Virus record (IMG/VR): IMGVR_UViG_3300030098_000945
Coordinates: 5,713-69,712 of that record
DNA: 64,000 nt
Reading direction: 5' to 3' (one strand)
Source of the DNA: a virus
The notes below the pieces were generated by a model, which was given only the letters and a program-made list of their open reading frames with translations, did not search any database and was not told where the DNA came from. Position 1 is the first letter of the stretch, and every line of letters begins with the position of its first letter. Shown piece after piece: positions 44,541-55,322 of this stretch. Position numbers and translations under genes: made by a program.

Positions 44541-46871
44541 ATGACAGTAACAACAACAACAATTAAGAATAGTTATTCGGGTAATGGCTCTACTACAGAG
44601 TTTGCTTATACATTTCCTATTAATTCTACATCTGAAATAACAGTAATTGAAAGATCGGCTACTGGAACTGAAACAGTTAAATCTGAAGGTTCTGGTTCTA
44701 CTAATTATTCTATTTCTGATAACGGAGCTAGTGGTGGAACTGTAACTATGGTTACGGCTCCGGCATCAGGTACAACTTTAGTTATAAGACGTAATACTGC
44801 TTTAACGCAAGAAACAGATTATGTAGCAAACGATCCGTTTCCAGCTGAAACGCATGAAGACGCTCTTGATAAACTTAATATGCAGACACAAGAGCTGCAA
44901 GAAGAATTAGATAGATCATTTAAAGTTTCAAGAACAAATACAATTACTTCAGCTGAATTTACTACGTCTGCAACAGACAGAGCTAGTAAAACTTTAGGAT
45001 TTGACAGCGATGGCAATCTAACGACAGTAAGTGATTTCTTACCGGCTGGTGGAGATGCAGCACAATTTACTTATTCAACAACTACAAGTGATGCAGATCC
45101 AGGAAGTGGATTTATAAGATTTAATAACGCAACTCTTTCATCTGCAACCATTGCTTATGTGGATGATGATGAAGCTAATGGAACTGATGTTTCTGCTTGG
45201 GTGCAAAGTTTTGATGATGTAACTGGTAATGCGACTAACAGAGGAAGAATAAGAGTTACAAAATCTAATACCTTAGATGTTTGGCACGTCTGGAAAATTT
45301 CGGGAGCTGTTACTGACGCATCTGGTTATACTAAATTAGCTTTAACTTATATTGATGGTGCTGGAGCTTTAGCAAATAATGATAAGGTATTTTTATCTTT
45401 TGTTCCTTCTGGAGAAGATGGTGCAATTCCTGGTTATTATTATAAATTTGCAACATCAACAACGGATAGTGATCCTGGAGGCGGATATTTAAGATTTAAT
45501 AATGGTACTTATGCAAGTGCTACAGCAATCTATATTGATGATGATGATGCTAATGGAGCAACTGTTTCTACAGATGTTTTGGCTTGGGATGATAGCACAT
45601 CAACAATTAGAGGATTTGTTCATATCGTAGATATTAATGACAGTACCACTTATGCAAGATTTAAAATAACTGGAGCTTCAACAGATGCTTCGGGTTATAA
45701 TAAGTTAGCAGTAGCTCACTTATCATCTAATAATACTTTTTCTGCTGATGATGAACTTTCAGTTCATTTCACAATGACTGGTTTAAAAGGAGATACTGGA
45801 GCAACTGGTTCTACTGGTAGTACGGGTTCAACAGGAAGTACGGGAGCTTCGGGAACGAACTCTCAACTTTCAATGACTTGGAGTTCATCAACTTCTGATG
45901 CTGATCCAGGTGCTGGAAAAATTGCTTTTAATAATGGTACTGTTGGTTCAGTTTCAATTTTATATGTAGATGATGCTGATGACGCATCTGCTGATATTTC
46001 TGGTTTTGTTCAATCTTGGGATGATGTATCTAATTCAACAGCAAGAGGATATGTTTCTGTTACCAAAGAAGGAACTGCATCAACTTATGCTATTTTTAAA
46101 GTTACTGGTGCTGTAACGGATGCTTCTGGTTATACTAAAGTTCCAGTTACACACATTGTTTCAAATGGTTCATTTTCAAATACTGATGGAGTAGGAGTTC
46201 ACTTTACACCTTCTGGAGCTGATGGAACTGGAGATATGTCTGATCTTACAGATGATAGTTCTCCTCAACTTGCTGGAGATTTAGATGTTGTTACTTATGA
46301 TATAGTTTCAACTTCAAACAGAGATATTGACATTATTCCAAATGGAACTGGAGATGTAAATCTTGGAGCAGATACAGTTCAAGTTGGCGATAATAATGCT
46401 GATGCTACAATTACCACACAAGGAACTGGAGACTTAACATTAAATACAAATAATGGAACAAACTCTGGCTCTATTGTAATTGCAGACGGAGCAAACGGTC
46501 ATATAGACATTACCACAAATGGAACAGGAACAATTAAATTTAATGATTTAGCTTATATTCCACAACAAGCAATTACTTCATCATCGAATGCTGTTGCCTG
46601 GGATGCACAAGCTAAACCAAACGCATATCATCAGACATCAGAAAATACTACTTTCTCTGCACCAAGTAATGCAACAGAAGGTGCGTTTATTTGTTTAGAA
46701 TTAAATTATAATGGTTCTCATACTATTGGTTGGAATACAGTATTTGAATTTTCAGCATCAACAGAACCAACTGAAACTGCAACGGATGGAAAAACTGACA
46801 TCCATATCTTTAGATACAACGGAGCAGTTTGGCAAGAAGTTGGTAGAACAATGAATTTAAGTGAAAGTTAA
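44541..46871 (+). CDS. Tail fibre protein with an alternative distal module
   Basis: Close homologue of 6601 except 46224-46562. Confidence 0.85.
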   Translation: MTVTTTTIKNSYSGNGSTTEFAYTFPINSTSEITVIERSATGTETVKSEGSGSTNYSISDNGASGGTVTMVTAPASGTTLVIRRNTALTQETDYVANDPFPAETHEDALDKLNMQTQELQEELDRSFKVSRTNTITSAEFTTSATDRASKTLGFDSDGNLTTVSDFLPAGGDAAQFTYSTTTSDADPGSGFIRFNNATLSSATIAYVDDDEANGTDVSAWVQSFDDVTGNATNRGRIRVTKSNTLDVWHVWKISGAVTDASGYTKLALTYIDGAGALANNDKVFLSFVPSGEDGAIPGYYYKFATSTTDSDPGGGYLRFNNGTYASATAIYIDDDDANGATVSTDVLAWDDSTSTIRGFVHIVDINDSTTYARFKITGASTDASGYNKLAVAHLSSNNTFSADDELSVHFTMTGLKGDTGATGSTGSTGSTGSTGASGTNSQLSMTWSSSTSDADPGAGKIAFNNGTVGSVSILYVDDADDASADISGFVQSWDDVSNSTARGYVSVTKEGTASTYAIFKVTGAVTDASGYTKVPVTHIVSNGSFSNTDGVGVHFTPSGADGTGDMSDLTDDSSPQLAGDLDVVTYDIVSTSNRDIDIIPNGTGDVNLGADTVQVGDNNADATITTQGTGDLTLNTNNGTNSGSIVIADGANGHIDITTNGTGTIKFNDLAYIPQQAITSSSNAVAWDAQAKPNAYHQTSENTTFSAPSNATEGAFICLELNYNGSHTIGWNTVFEFSASTEPTETATDGKTDIHIFRYNGAVWQEVGRTMNLSES

Positions 46872-46882
46872 TAGGAGATAAT

Positions 46883-47515
46883 ATGTGGGGATTAGTAGAA
46901 TCAGGATCAATTACAAAAATAATAAATAAACCAAAAGGTATGGTTATTGGCGATGTTCGTTATTCAAGAAAAATATTTGAATTATGGAGCAAGTCTGAAC
47001 TAGAAGCTAAAGGTATTTATGAAGTAGAATTTGATAACACTAATAAAAAAGATGAGAAATGGTATATCAATACTAATCAATCATTTGCTTTTGCTGGTGG
47101 AAAAATTACAGCAAGTTATGGCTCAGCTACACCTAAAAAACACGCAGATACTTTATGGACATCACAAGATAAAACAGATGGTAAAATACCAGATGGTAAA
47201 GATGTTGGCGATGTTGCTGTTGAAGGATTAAAAACAAAATTAATTAGAACAGTTAAACAACAAGCTGCTGGAATATTACAAGATACGGATTGGTACATAA
47301 CTAGAAAAGCAGATGCTGGAACAGCAGTACCATCATCAATCACAACTCATAGAGCAGCAGTAAGAACAAAAGCTGCTGAACAAGAAACAGCAATTACAAA
47401 CGCTGCTGATACACCAGCTCTTGAAACTTTATATACTTATGTCAATACAGCGGATGAAGGAGATCCAGTTGTAATGGAAAGACCATTAGGCGAACTGCCA
47501 ACATTGGAGAGTTAA
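46883..47515 (+). CDS. Tail fibre assembly/chaperone-like protein
   Basis: Homologue of 9211. Confidence 0.65.
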   Translation: MWGLVESGSITKIINKPKGMVIGDVRYSRKIFELWSKSELEAKGIYEVEFDNTNKKDEKWYINTNQSFAFAGGKITASYGSATPKKHADTLWTSQDKTDGKIPDGKDVGDVAVEGLKTKLIRTVKQQAAGILQDTDWYITRKADAGTAVPSSITTHRAAVRTKAAEQETAITNAADTPALETLYTYVNTADEGDPVVMERPLGELPTLES

Positions 47516-48948
47516 TGATACCAATTTTATCAGGTAATGTAGCAACAGCTTTAGGTGGTGCTTACGAAGTAGCCAACTCTTGTAGGTTTAATGATGATTC
47601 AACAGATCATTTAACAAGATCACAAACTGCTGGAGATCAAAGACAAGGTACTTTTTCTGCTTGGGTTAAAAGAGCTAATTTAGGTTATCAATATTTAATT
47701 TCATGGAATACTACAACTTCAGGAACATCATTAGGAGATTGGATTAGATTTAATGGAGAAAGATTAGATGTAATAAGATATACAGGCTCTGTTATTTACA
47801 GAAAACAAACAAATAGATTATTTAGAGATAGTTCAGCTTGGTATCATATTTGCGTTGCTTTTGACAGCGATCAAGGAACAGCAGATAATAGAATTAAAAT
47901 TTATGTTAATGGAATACAAGAAACATCTTTTGAAACAAATACTGCACCATCACAAAATTTAGATTTTAATTTTAATAGTAATGGTGTTGTTGCTTGTATA
48001 GGTAGAAATTATGATACTGAAGCAAATTTTGATGGTTATATGTCAGAGGTTTGTTGGATAGATGGCACACAAAACGCAGTTACAGATTTCGGAGAATTTG
48101 ACGAAGATAGTCCGACAATTTGGAAACCAAAAAATGTATCAGGATTAACATTTGGTACAAATGGATTTTATTTAGATTTTGAAAACTCTGGTAGTCTAGG
48201 TGCAGATGTATCTGGAAATGGAAATAACTTTACTGTAAATAATTTAACAAGTGTAGATCAAGCTACAGATACACCGACTAATAATTTTGCAACATTAAAT
48301 TCTTTAGACACATATATAGGTGGAACTCAAGCTACCTTTTCAAATGGTAATACTGAATGGAGTTCAGCTGGTAATTCATCATCAAATGGTGGAACAAGAA
48401 TGACATTTGGTTTATCAACTGGTAAATGGTATTTTGAAGCAAAACTTTTACAAGCAACTGAAACAGTTATTGCCTACTCTTTAGACAGTGTTACTCCTTG
48501 GTTCACTGTTACTGGTTATACATTAGATAGTTCTGCTACTTATGGTTTATATATAAATGGTAGCGATAATTTATATGCTATTGTTGGTGGTACAAATCAA
48601 AATAATAATTTAGGTTCAGTAAGTAATAATGATATTATAGGAGTTGCTTTTGATTTTGATAATGGTAAATTTTATTTTTCTAAAAATGGAAGTTGGTTAA
48701 ATAGTGGCGATCCAACATCAGGCTCAACAGGAACAGGCTCATTTGGTAATTTACCTAGTGGAACTTATCTTCCATCAATAAGTAATGCTAGTTGGTCTAT
48801 TTCTTCAAGCACTTCATTTAATTTCGGCAACCCATCATTTAGTATCTCATCAGGAAACGCAGATGGAGCTGGTTATGGCAATTTTGAATACGCAGTACCT
48901 AGTGGATATTACGCATTATGTTCAAAGAATTTAGCGGAGTTTGGATAA
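47515..48948 (+). CDS. Concanavalin A/LamG + SPRY-like lectin tail protein
   Basis: TFSAWVKR, AWYHIC, GKWYFE. Confidence 0.8.
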   Translation: MIPILSGNVATALGGAYEVANSCRFNDDSTDHLTRSQTAGDQRQGTFSAWVKRANLGYQYLISWNTTTSGTSLGDWIRFNGERLDVIRYTGSVIYRKQTNRLFRDSSAWYHICVAFDSDQGTADNRIKIYVNGIQETSFETNTAPSQNLDFNFNSNGVVACIGRNYDTEANFDGYMSEVCWIDGTQNAVTDFGEFDEDSPTIWKPKNVSGLTFGTNGFYLDFENSGSLGADVSGNGNNFTVNNLTSVDQATDTPTNNFATLNSLDTYIGGTQATFSNGNTEWSSAGNSSSNGGTRMTFGLSTGKWYFEAKLLQATETVIAYSLDSVTPWFTVTGYTLDSSATYGLYINGSDNLYAIVGGTNQNNNLGSVSNNDIIGVAFDFDNGKFYFSKNGSWLNSGDPTSGSTGTGSFGNLPSGTYLPSISNASWSISSSTSFNFGNPSFSISSGNADGAGYGNFEYAVPSGYYALCSKNLAEFG

Positions 48949-50045
48949 TGGCTTATACAACAATAGACAATCCAGAATTATATTTTCAGTCAGTTCTCTG
49001 GACTGGAAATGGCTCAAATCCAAGAACAATAACTTTTGGTGGCGATGAAAATATGCAACCAGATTTACTCTGGTATAAATGCAGATCACATGCTGTTCCA
49101 CATATTCTTTTAGATAGTGTTAGAGGTGCTGGTAATGATAAAGAATTACAACCAGACGACACTACATTAGAAGGTGGAACTTCAGCAGAAACAGATGGTT
49201 ATATTTCTGCATTCACTTCTAATGGTTTTACTCTAGCTGCTGGTAGTTCTGGTGGCGACCATTATACGAATGAAGGTAGCAGAACTTTTGTAGCTTGGTG
49301 CTGGAAAGCTGGTGGTTCAACAGCTTCAAATAGTAGTGGAGATATAACTTCTACTGTAAGTGTAGATACTACAGCTGGTTTTTCAATCACATCTTATACA
49401 GGAAATAACAGTAACGATCAAACAGTTGGTCATTCACTTTCAGCAGTTCCTCATTTAATGATTATTAAAAATAGAGATGATACTAATGGTTGGATTGTTT
49501 ATCATCACAAAAATACATCAGCACCAGAAACAGATTACTTGGGTTTAAATGGTAATAGTGTAACAACAGATGATGATGGTATATTCAATGATACTGCACC
49601 AACAAGCACTCTTTTTACTATTGGAGATGAGAGTGATGTAGGTGCTGGAACTGGTGGTAATACAGAAAAAATAATTGCTTATCTATGGAGTGAAAAACAA
49701 GGTTTCAGCAAGTTTGGCTCATACACAGGAAATGGAAATGCTGATGGTACATTTGTTTATACAGGATTTCGACCAGCTATGATTATTTTAAAAAATACTG
49801 AAACTGCAAAAGATTGGAATATTTGGGATACCAAAAGAGATCCATATAATGGTGCGAACCATTTGTTATATCCTAGTTTAAATAATGCTGAAGGATCAGG
49901 CACAGTCTATCTTGATCTTTTAAGTAATGGTTTTAAATTAAGAAATAGTAATAATAAATGGAACTCAACAGAAACATTTATCTACATAGCCTTCGCAGAA
50001 GCACCATTCGTAAATTCTAATGGAGTACCTTGCAATGCTCGTTAA
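48948..50045 (+). CDS. Tail-associated beta-rich structural protein
   Basis: Homologue of 11283. Confidence 0.7.
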   Translation: MAYTTIDNPELYFQSVLWTGNGSNPRTITFGGDENMQPDLLWYKCRSHAVPHILLDSVRGAGNDKELQPDDTTLEGGTSAETDGYISAFTSNGFTLAAGSSGGDHYTNEGSRTFVAWCWKAGGSTASNSSGDITSTVSVDTTAGFSITSYTGNNSNDQTVGHSLSAVPHLMIIKNRDDTNGWIVYHHKNTSAPETDYLGLNGNSVTTDDDGIFNDTAPTSTLFTIGDESDVGAGTGGNTEKIIAYLWSEKQGFSKFGSYTGNGNADGTFVYTGFRPAMIILKNTETAKDWNIWDTKRDPYNGANHLLYPSLNNAEGSGTVYLDLLSNGFKLRNSNNKWNSTETFIYIAFAEAPFVNSNGVPCNAR

Positions 50046-50147
50046 TAAATTAACGAGAAGCTAACGCAGCTAGGTAACAAGTTACCAGAAGCTACGCAGC
50101 AAGATAATTAAATAAAATAACAAAATTAATAAGAGGAGAAGTACACT

Positions 50148-50360
50148 ATGAAGGTGCTACTAATTATGATTATGTGTAGCGCAGTTCAAGGAGATTGCTT
50201 AACTCCACATCAAATGCCTACTACTTATGACAACTACTATGATTGCTTACAAGCTGGTTATAAGGAGGCAATAAAAAAACAAACTGAAATAGGAAAAGTA
50301 GATACTAATGAACATAAGATATTCATTAGGTTCACTTGTAAGAGTAGTTATGAAACGTAA
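50148..50360 (+). CDS. Small Cys-containing exported protein
   Basis: Homologue of 12388. Confidence 0.7.
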   Translation: MKVLLIMIMCSAVQGDCLTPHQMPTTYDNYYDCLQAGYKEAIKKQTEIGKVDTNEHKIFIRFTCKSSYET

Positions 50361-50589
50361 AAAAAGAAAATCTGTATTATCTAATGTTGAAGATCGTAAT
50401 GGAATAAGAATATCTTACCATGAAAAGGTTTGTGCAGAGAGGATGAAAACAATTTTTAAACTGCTAGACGAAATGAGAAAAGACATTAGAGAATTAAAAA
50501 CTTTTATGAATGTAGGAAAAGGTGCTGCCGCAATAATAATCTTTATTGGGGGTTTGCTTGGCTCAATCTTCTACTTCTTCACGAAATAG
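50350..50589 (+). CDS. Coiled-coil + TM protein
   Basis: Homologue of 12590. Confidence 0.65.
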   Translation: MKRKKRKSVLSNVEDRNGIRISYHEKVCAERMKTIFKLLDEMRKDIRELKTFMNVGKGAAAIIIFIGGLLGSIFYFFTK

Positions 50590-50851
50590 GATTACAGCTG
50601 CTAAAGGTTTATCTAATGAACTATTAGCTGCTGCTAAATTTGCAAAGGATCCAAACTTAATTGTCTTTAAACCAATAGGAGCTGGTCCAGTAGACATATT
50701 AACTTTGAATATAAAAACGGGGGAGTACAGAAGTTATGATGTCAAGACAAGAAACTACCGCAAAGATGGGTCTAAGATTAATAGACCAAGAACTAAAGAA
50801 CAAAAAAGACTAGGTGTTAAAATTATTAATTTTAACCCAGAAAAGGATTGA
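50546..50851 (+). CDS. PD-(D/E)XK-like endonuclease
   Basis: Homologue of 12783. Confidence 0.55.
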   Translation: MGVCLAQSSTSSRNRITAAKGLSNELLAAAKFAKDPNLIVFKPIGAGPVDILTLNIKTGEYRSYDVKTRNYRKDGSKINRPRTKEQKRLGVKIINFNPEKD

Positions 50852-50857
50852 AGAATT

Positions 50858-51295
50858 ATGGCAGATTATACTGAACTCAAAGAAAGCATTAAAGAACACG
50901 AAGGGTATAGAGATCATATTTACAGGGATAGCTTGGGTATTCCTACTATCTTTTGGGGTCATATGGTTTTGGATACCGATGACTATGTTGAAGGTGTTAA
51001 TTATTCCATTGAAGATGCTGAGAAGTGTTTTGATAAAGATTTTAATATTGCTTTACAAAGTGCTGAGAAATTAATTGGCGATATAGAAGTTAATCATATT
51101 CAAAAATGCGTAATCATTGAATGCGTGTATCAACTTGGTGGACCAAGGTTTTCTAAGTTTAAAAAGTTTTGGCAAGCTATGAGAGATGGCGATATGGAAA
51201 AAGCTGCCGATGAAATGATAGATAGCAGATGGCATAAGCAAACACCTGGTAGGTGTGAGAAAGCTGCTGCTAAAATGAGGAGTTCAAATAAATAA
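50858..51295 (+). CDS. Endolysin, GH24 family
   Basis: HEG..YRDSLGIPT. Confidence 0.9.
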   Translation: MADYTELKESIKEHEGYRDHIYRDSLGIPTIFWGHMVLDTDDYVEGVNYSIEDAEKCFDKDFNIALQSAEKLIGDIEVNHIQKCVIIECVYQLGGPRFSKFKKFWQAMRDGDMEKAADEMIDSRWHKQTPGRCEKAAAKMRSSNK

Positions 51296-51296
51296 T

Positions 51297-51677
51297 ATGT
51301 GGTTAAGTGCAATTAAATTAGCGTTGAATGCTGGAACGCATATATACAAAAAGAAACAAGAAACTAAAATGGCTATGGCTGATGCACAGCACATGGCGGC
51401 TCAGAAGATGGCTAAAGGGGAAACTGAGTATCAAGGTAAATTATTAGAAGCTAGACAATCAGACTGGAAAGACGAATTTGTGCTGATCGTGTTGACGCTC
51501 CCAATATTAGTGATTGCTTACGGGGTGTTCTCAGACGATCCTGGTGCAGCAGCAAAGATAAAAGAGTTCTTTGAGCAGTTCCAACAACTTCCATCCTGGT
51601 TCACAAATCTTTGGATTTTAGTAGTGGCTAGTATTTATGGAATTAAAGGAACTCAAATATTTAAGGGGAAAAAATGA
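51297..51677 (+). CDS. Putative holin (divergent from the unit A holin)
   Basis: DWKDEF motif plus two TM segments. Confidence 0.7.
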   Translation: MWLSAIKLALNAGTHIYKKKQETKMAMADAQHMAAQKMAKGETEYQGKLLEARQSDWKDEFVLIVLTLPILVIAYGVFSDDPGAAAKIKEFFEQFQQLPSWFTNLWILVVASIYGIKGTQIFKGKK

Positions 51678-51967
51678 CAATAACTAAATCAGACTTTGAT
51701 CCGCATTGCTTTGGGGGACAATACCAAGATGCACCAGAAACATTACACTTTCAGTTTGAAGGTGTGAGATGCGATAACTATGTGCATCGTTACGTTTTGG
51801 TAGATAAGTTTAGACCAAATAAAATAGATTCAAGAAGTAAAAAGACAGAAGAAGAAAAAGATAAATCTCATAAAGATATAGCTGCCGGTTATTTACCTTT
51901 GGTTTTAAAGCAAGAAACTAAACCAGGGTTAATAGATAAGATTAAAAATATTTTTTCCAATGGCTAA
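51674..51967 (+). CDS. Hypothetical protein (RYVLVDKF family)
   Basis: Homologue of 13909. Confidence 0.7.
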   Translation: MTITKSDFDPHCFGGQYQDAPETLHFQFEGVRCDNYVHRYVLVDKFRPNKIDSRSKKTEEEKDKSHKDIAAGYLPLVLKQETKPGLIDKIKNIFSNG

Positions 51968-52091
51968 AGCTCCTAAGTGGGGAGTAAATACCTACGTTAA
52001 AAGAACCAAGCCAAGTGTAGGTAGGCATAAGAAGAATATGAATAAACAAGAAAAAAAATCTTATAAAAAATATAGGGGTCAAGGAAGATGA
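51960..52091 (+). CDS. 43-aa basic peptide ending YRGQGR
   Basis: Translated by hand; counterpart of 14689. Confidence 0.7.
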   Translation: MAKAPKWGVNTYVKRTKPSVGRHKKNMNKQEKKSYKKYRGQGR

Positions 52092-52447
52092 AGATTAACG
52101 ACAACACAAATATATCTTTACCAGTTAGAAATTTAATAGCTTTACTTGCGGCTGTTGCTTTTGGAATTTTCGCATATACAGAAATTACAAGTAGACTTAC
52201 AAGTTTAGAGAACTCTAGGCATATTATGGAAGCTGATTTAATTACTAAATCAGATCAAAAAATTACAGACCAAGAACAATTTTTGTTGCTTGAAATATTA
52301 AGTACAGCTCAAGAAAATACAGATGAAGAAATGCAGAGCATGAGAAATAATAATGTCAACCTTAACAGAGCTATGAAAGATATTGAAGAGATGAAAGCAA
52401 CAATAGAAATTTTAAAAGATAAAGTAAGAAAGAATGGGAGCCATTAA
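52088..52447 (+). CDS. TM + coiled-coil protein
   Basis: Homologue of 14820. Confidence 0.7.
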   Translation: MKINDNTNISLPVRNLIALLAAVAFGIFAYTEITSRLTSLENSRHIMEADLITKSDQKITDQEQFLLLEILSTAQENTDEEMQSMRNNNVNLNRAMKDIEEMKATIEILKDKVRKNGSH

Positions 52448-52665
52448 TGGAGCAAGTGGTAATAGCTTTATTAATGATGATAAATTCAGAAATTAAAGAA
52501 GCAAGAATACAAACCTCATTAAGCGATTGTCTTAAAGGCAAGCGTTACGCTATGAGGGAGTTGGATAGTAAATCAAAAGTTTCTTATCAATGCGTTAAAT
52601 CTTTAGCTGAACTTGAAACTAATATTGACGGCTCAATATCAATTAAAAAATTAATAATGGAATAA
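52447..52665 (+). CDS. Hypothetical protein (CLKGKR)
   Basis: Homologue of 15430. Confidence 0.7.
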   Translation: MEQVVIALLMMINSEIKEARIQTSLSDCLKGKRYAMRELDSKSKVSYQCVKSLAELETNIDGSISIKKLIME

Positions 52666-52669
52666 CAAA

Positions 52670-52783
52670 ATGATTGACAAAATTATATTAAAATTTTTTG
52701 GGGGTATAGATACATTTACAGAATGGCTCTTTGCCTGGCAAAAACCAAGATGTAAGTGTAAAAAAAAAAATGAAAAGGATTAA
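52670..52783 (+). CDS. 37-aa peptide
   Basis: Homologue of 15979. Confidence 0.6.
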   Translation: MIDKIILKFFGGIDTFTEWLFAWQKPRCKCKKKNEKD

Positions 52784-53381
52784 ACCAATAACTTATGGAA
52801 TATTAATTTTAGTATGGATTTTCTTAATAACTGCAACAACGGGTGCTTATGCTGGTTCTACGCAAACAAACGTATCTGGTTCTAATACAGCTATTGAAGG
52901 AAACTATACTGGAGGTTCTACTACCTATGAAAGTGGATCTTCATCCTCAACTACATCTACAACAAATTCAACTTCAAACATAAGATCTGCACCACCTACA
53001 AGTTCAGCTCCAGGTATGAACACATCTAATAATTGTGCATTAGCTTTATCAGGTGGCGTACAAACTTTTTCTATTGGGGTATCTGGTGGTAAATCTTATC
53101 AAGATGAAACTTGCGAACTAATTGCTTTATCAAAAACTTTAAGTCAAATGGGAATGAAGGTGGCTGCTATCAGTTTGCTTTGTTCTGATGAAAGAGTATT
53201 CCAAGCAATGTTCATGGCAAAAACTTATTGTCCGGTAGATGGTAAGATTGGCGAAGATGCTTACAATTTATTAGTTAATAAATATGATTATGAAATGCCT
53301 ACATATAAAAAATATGTAGAGTTAGAAAAGAAAAAAATAATTTTACCTAAAAAAAAACCAAAAATTAATAAGAAGAAATGA
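52770..53381 (+). CDS. Exported S/T-rich, Cys-containing protein (unit B only)
   Basis: Signal peptide (AYA-G); SAP..C...SGG.Q..G...D..CE..K.S..L..MGMKVAA. Confidence 0.65.
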   Translation: MKRIKPITYGILILVWIFLITATTGAYAGSTQTNVSGSNTAIEGNYTGGSTTYESGSSSSTTSTTNSTSNIRSAPPTSSAPGMNTSNNCALALSGGVQTFSIGVSGGKSYQDETCELIALSKTLSQMGMKVAAISLLCSDERVFQAMFMAKTYCPVDGKIGEDAYNLLVNKYDYEMPTYKKYVELEKKKIILPKKKPKINKKK

Positions 53382-53414
53382 TTTGGTTATTAATTTTTAT
53401 AGGAGTAATGGCTT

Positions 53415-54836
53415 ATGCGGTTTATCGCATCAATACTTTTGCTGATAATATTAACCCTTACAATTTCAGCAGAAGAGATAACGACAGATAACTTATTAAC
53501 TAACGGCAACTTTGAAACGGGTAATGCTAATGGTTGGACTACAAGTGGAAATACACAAGTAGTATCTGATTGCTGCGAATTAAATAATGTAACCAGCAAT
53601 TATGATTTAGAGTTTGGCGATAGCGGATCTATTACACAAGATGTAAATTTAACTACTAATACTATTACCCAAGATATGTTGGATAATGGTATTACCCTTA
53701 CCCAGGTAACTGAAGTTCAAAACGGAGAATGTAATGTATCTGGATGTTGGGGTGGTCAAGGTGCAGCTGATACCTTTACTATTAATCTTAATATAAAGAA
53801 TAGTTCTGGAACAGTTATTGCAACCATGACAACTGTAAGAACGGATGTAACCGGTATCAATGGAGCTAACTTTACAGATACTTTAATATATACCGGTAAT
53901 GGTTCTAACATTGGTAACACTACTATTTCAGCGATAGATGCTAATGCTCCAGCTACTCTTGGTGGACCCAACGTAGATAACATCTCTTTAAGAATGACAT
54001 ATAATAATGTTGTTTTAGAAGTTGAGACACAAGAAGCATTACAAGAATTTGAAGAAACAGTTTTATTTGAAGAAGAAGAAACTTTTTTTACTGAAGAGTT
54101 TGTTGAATTATTTACTGAAGAAATACAAACTATAGCAGCATCTCCATTACCCACAGAAGAAAAAGCGGTAGAGATAACGGCTGCTATCATAGAGTTTGAA
54201 GAAAAGACAGAAACAAAAGTAACCAAAGCTGAAATTCAGACTACTGCTTTATTACCTCCACCAACAATGATGGCAGAGGAAGAAGAAGAAAAACCAGCAG
54301 AGATAGCAATGGCTATTATGGAAGAAACTCAAGAAGAGGAAGCTCCACCAGAACCTAAAGAAGAAATTATTGAAGAAACAAACAATGTTCAAGAAGAAGA
54401 AAAAACAGAGAGCAAATCAGAAGTTAAAACAGAAGAAAAACAGAAGCCGAAAGAGCAAGAAAAGCCGAAGAAAGTAAAGACTAAAGAAACTAAATCAAAG
54501 AATACTAAAGTTGCAAAATTAGAAGCAGCTATGGATAAGGTTGATAAGGTAGTTAAAGATACTGCAAAGAACCTTGAAGTAAAAAATATTATAAAACTAG
54601 ATGCTATGCAAAGCGATATGGTTTTAGCTGAGTATATGAACCAAGAGTTTTATAAGAGTAAAGATATATATTTAAACCAGGTTATTATGTTTGATAATAG
54701 AGACATTTATAACAATGTTAATTTGGTTCAATATACAAGTAATGATCCAATAAACATTAAAGAAAGTATCTTACAAGACATCAACATACAAAAACAAAAA
54801 CTATTAATGGAGATAGAGGTATTAAGAAATGGGTAA
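53415..54836 (+). CDS. Exported protein: carbohydrate-binding-like domain + Glu-rich linker (unit B only)
   Basis: Signal peptide; NLLTNGNFETG..GW...GPNVDNI; long E/K-rich region. Confidence 0.65.
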   Translation: MRFIASILLLIILTLTISAEEITTDNLLTNGNFETGNANGWTTSGNTQVVSDCCELNNVTSNYDLEFGDSGSITQDVNLTTNTITQDMLDNGITLTQVTEVQNGECNVSGCWGGQGAADTFTINLNIKNSSGTVIATMTTVRTDVTGINGANFTDTLIYTGNGSNIGNTTISAIDANAPATLGGPNVDNISLRMTYNNVVLEVETQEALQEFEETVLFEEEETFFTEEFVELFTEEIQTIAASPLPTEEKAVEITAAIIEFEEKTETKVTKAEIQTTALLPPPTMMAEEEEEKPAEIAMAIMEETQEEEAPPEPKEEIIEETNNVQEEEKTESKSEVKTEEKQKPKEQEKPKKVKTKETKSKNTKVAKLEAAMDKVDKVVKDTAKNLEVKNIIKLDAMQSDMVLAEYMNQEFYKSKDIYLNQVIMFDNRDIYNNVNLVQYTSNDPINIKESILQDINIQKQKLLMEIEVLRNG

Positions 54837-55134
54837 ATTAAAAGATCAGTTAGCTGGAATAGCAGCTTTAATTGCTGCTGTTGTTGCCATAGGTGGAGGT
54901 TTTACAAAATATGGAGAACTTACTACTAGACTTAATGAAATAGAAAATAAATCTTCTATAGATCATTCATCACAAATAGCTGTACTTGAAGAAAAGGTTG
55001 CAGCATTAGAAAATAAAAAAGAAGTAGATGTATCTGGTATAGATACTAGATCTAAGATTAATGAAAAATCTATTAAGCTACTTGAATTAAAAATTGAAGA
55101 ATTAAAAGCTGCTGCAAATCCTTTAGGTGGTTAA
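54829..55134 (+). CDS. TM + coiled-coil protein ending NPLGG
   Basis: ORF track. Confidence 0.6.
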   Translation: MGKLKDQLAGIAALIAAVVAIGGGFTKYGELTTRLNEIENKSSIDHSSQIAVLEEKVAALENKKEVDVSGIDTRSKINEKSIKLLELKIEELKAAANPLGG

Positions 55135-55317
55135 ATGCCTAAGAAAACTTGGGTTAGATCTAAAACTATTATTATAGATATTGGTAAATGCCGGTATTGT
55201 AATAAGGATATGACGAATCAAGAAAGTTTTGTAGCGTTTGCAGATAAGACAAAAGCTCATTATCAATGTATGAAAGATGATGATGCTAAGAGATCAGAAG
55301 ATAAAACTTACGAATAA
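55135..55317 (+). CDS. Small zinc-finger protein
   Basis: Homologue of 16059. Confidence 0.7.
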   Translation: MPKKTWVRSKTIIIDIGKCRYCNKDMTNQESFVAFADKTKAHYQCMKDDDAKRSEDKTYE

Positions 55318-55322
55318 TTACA

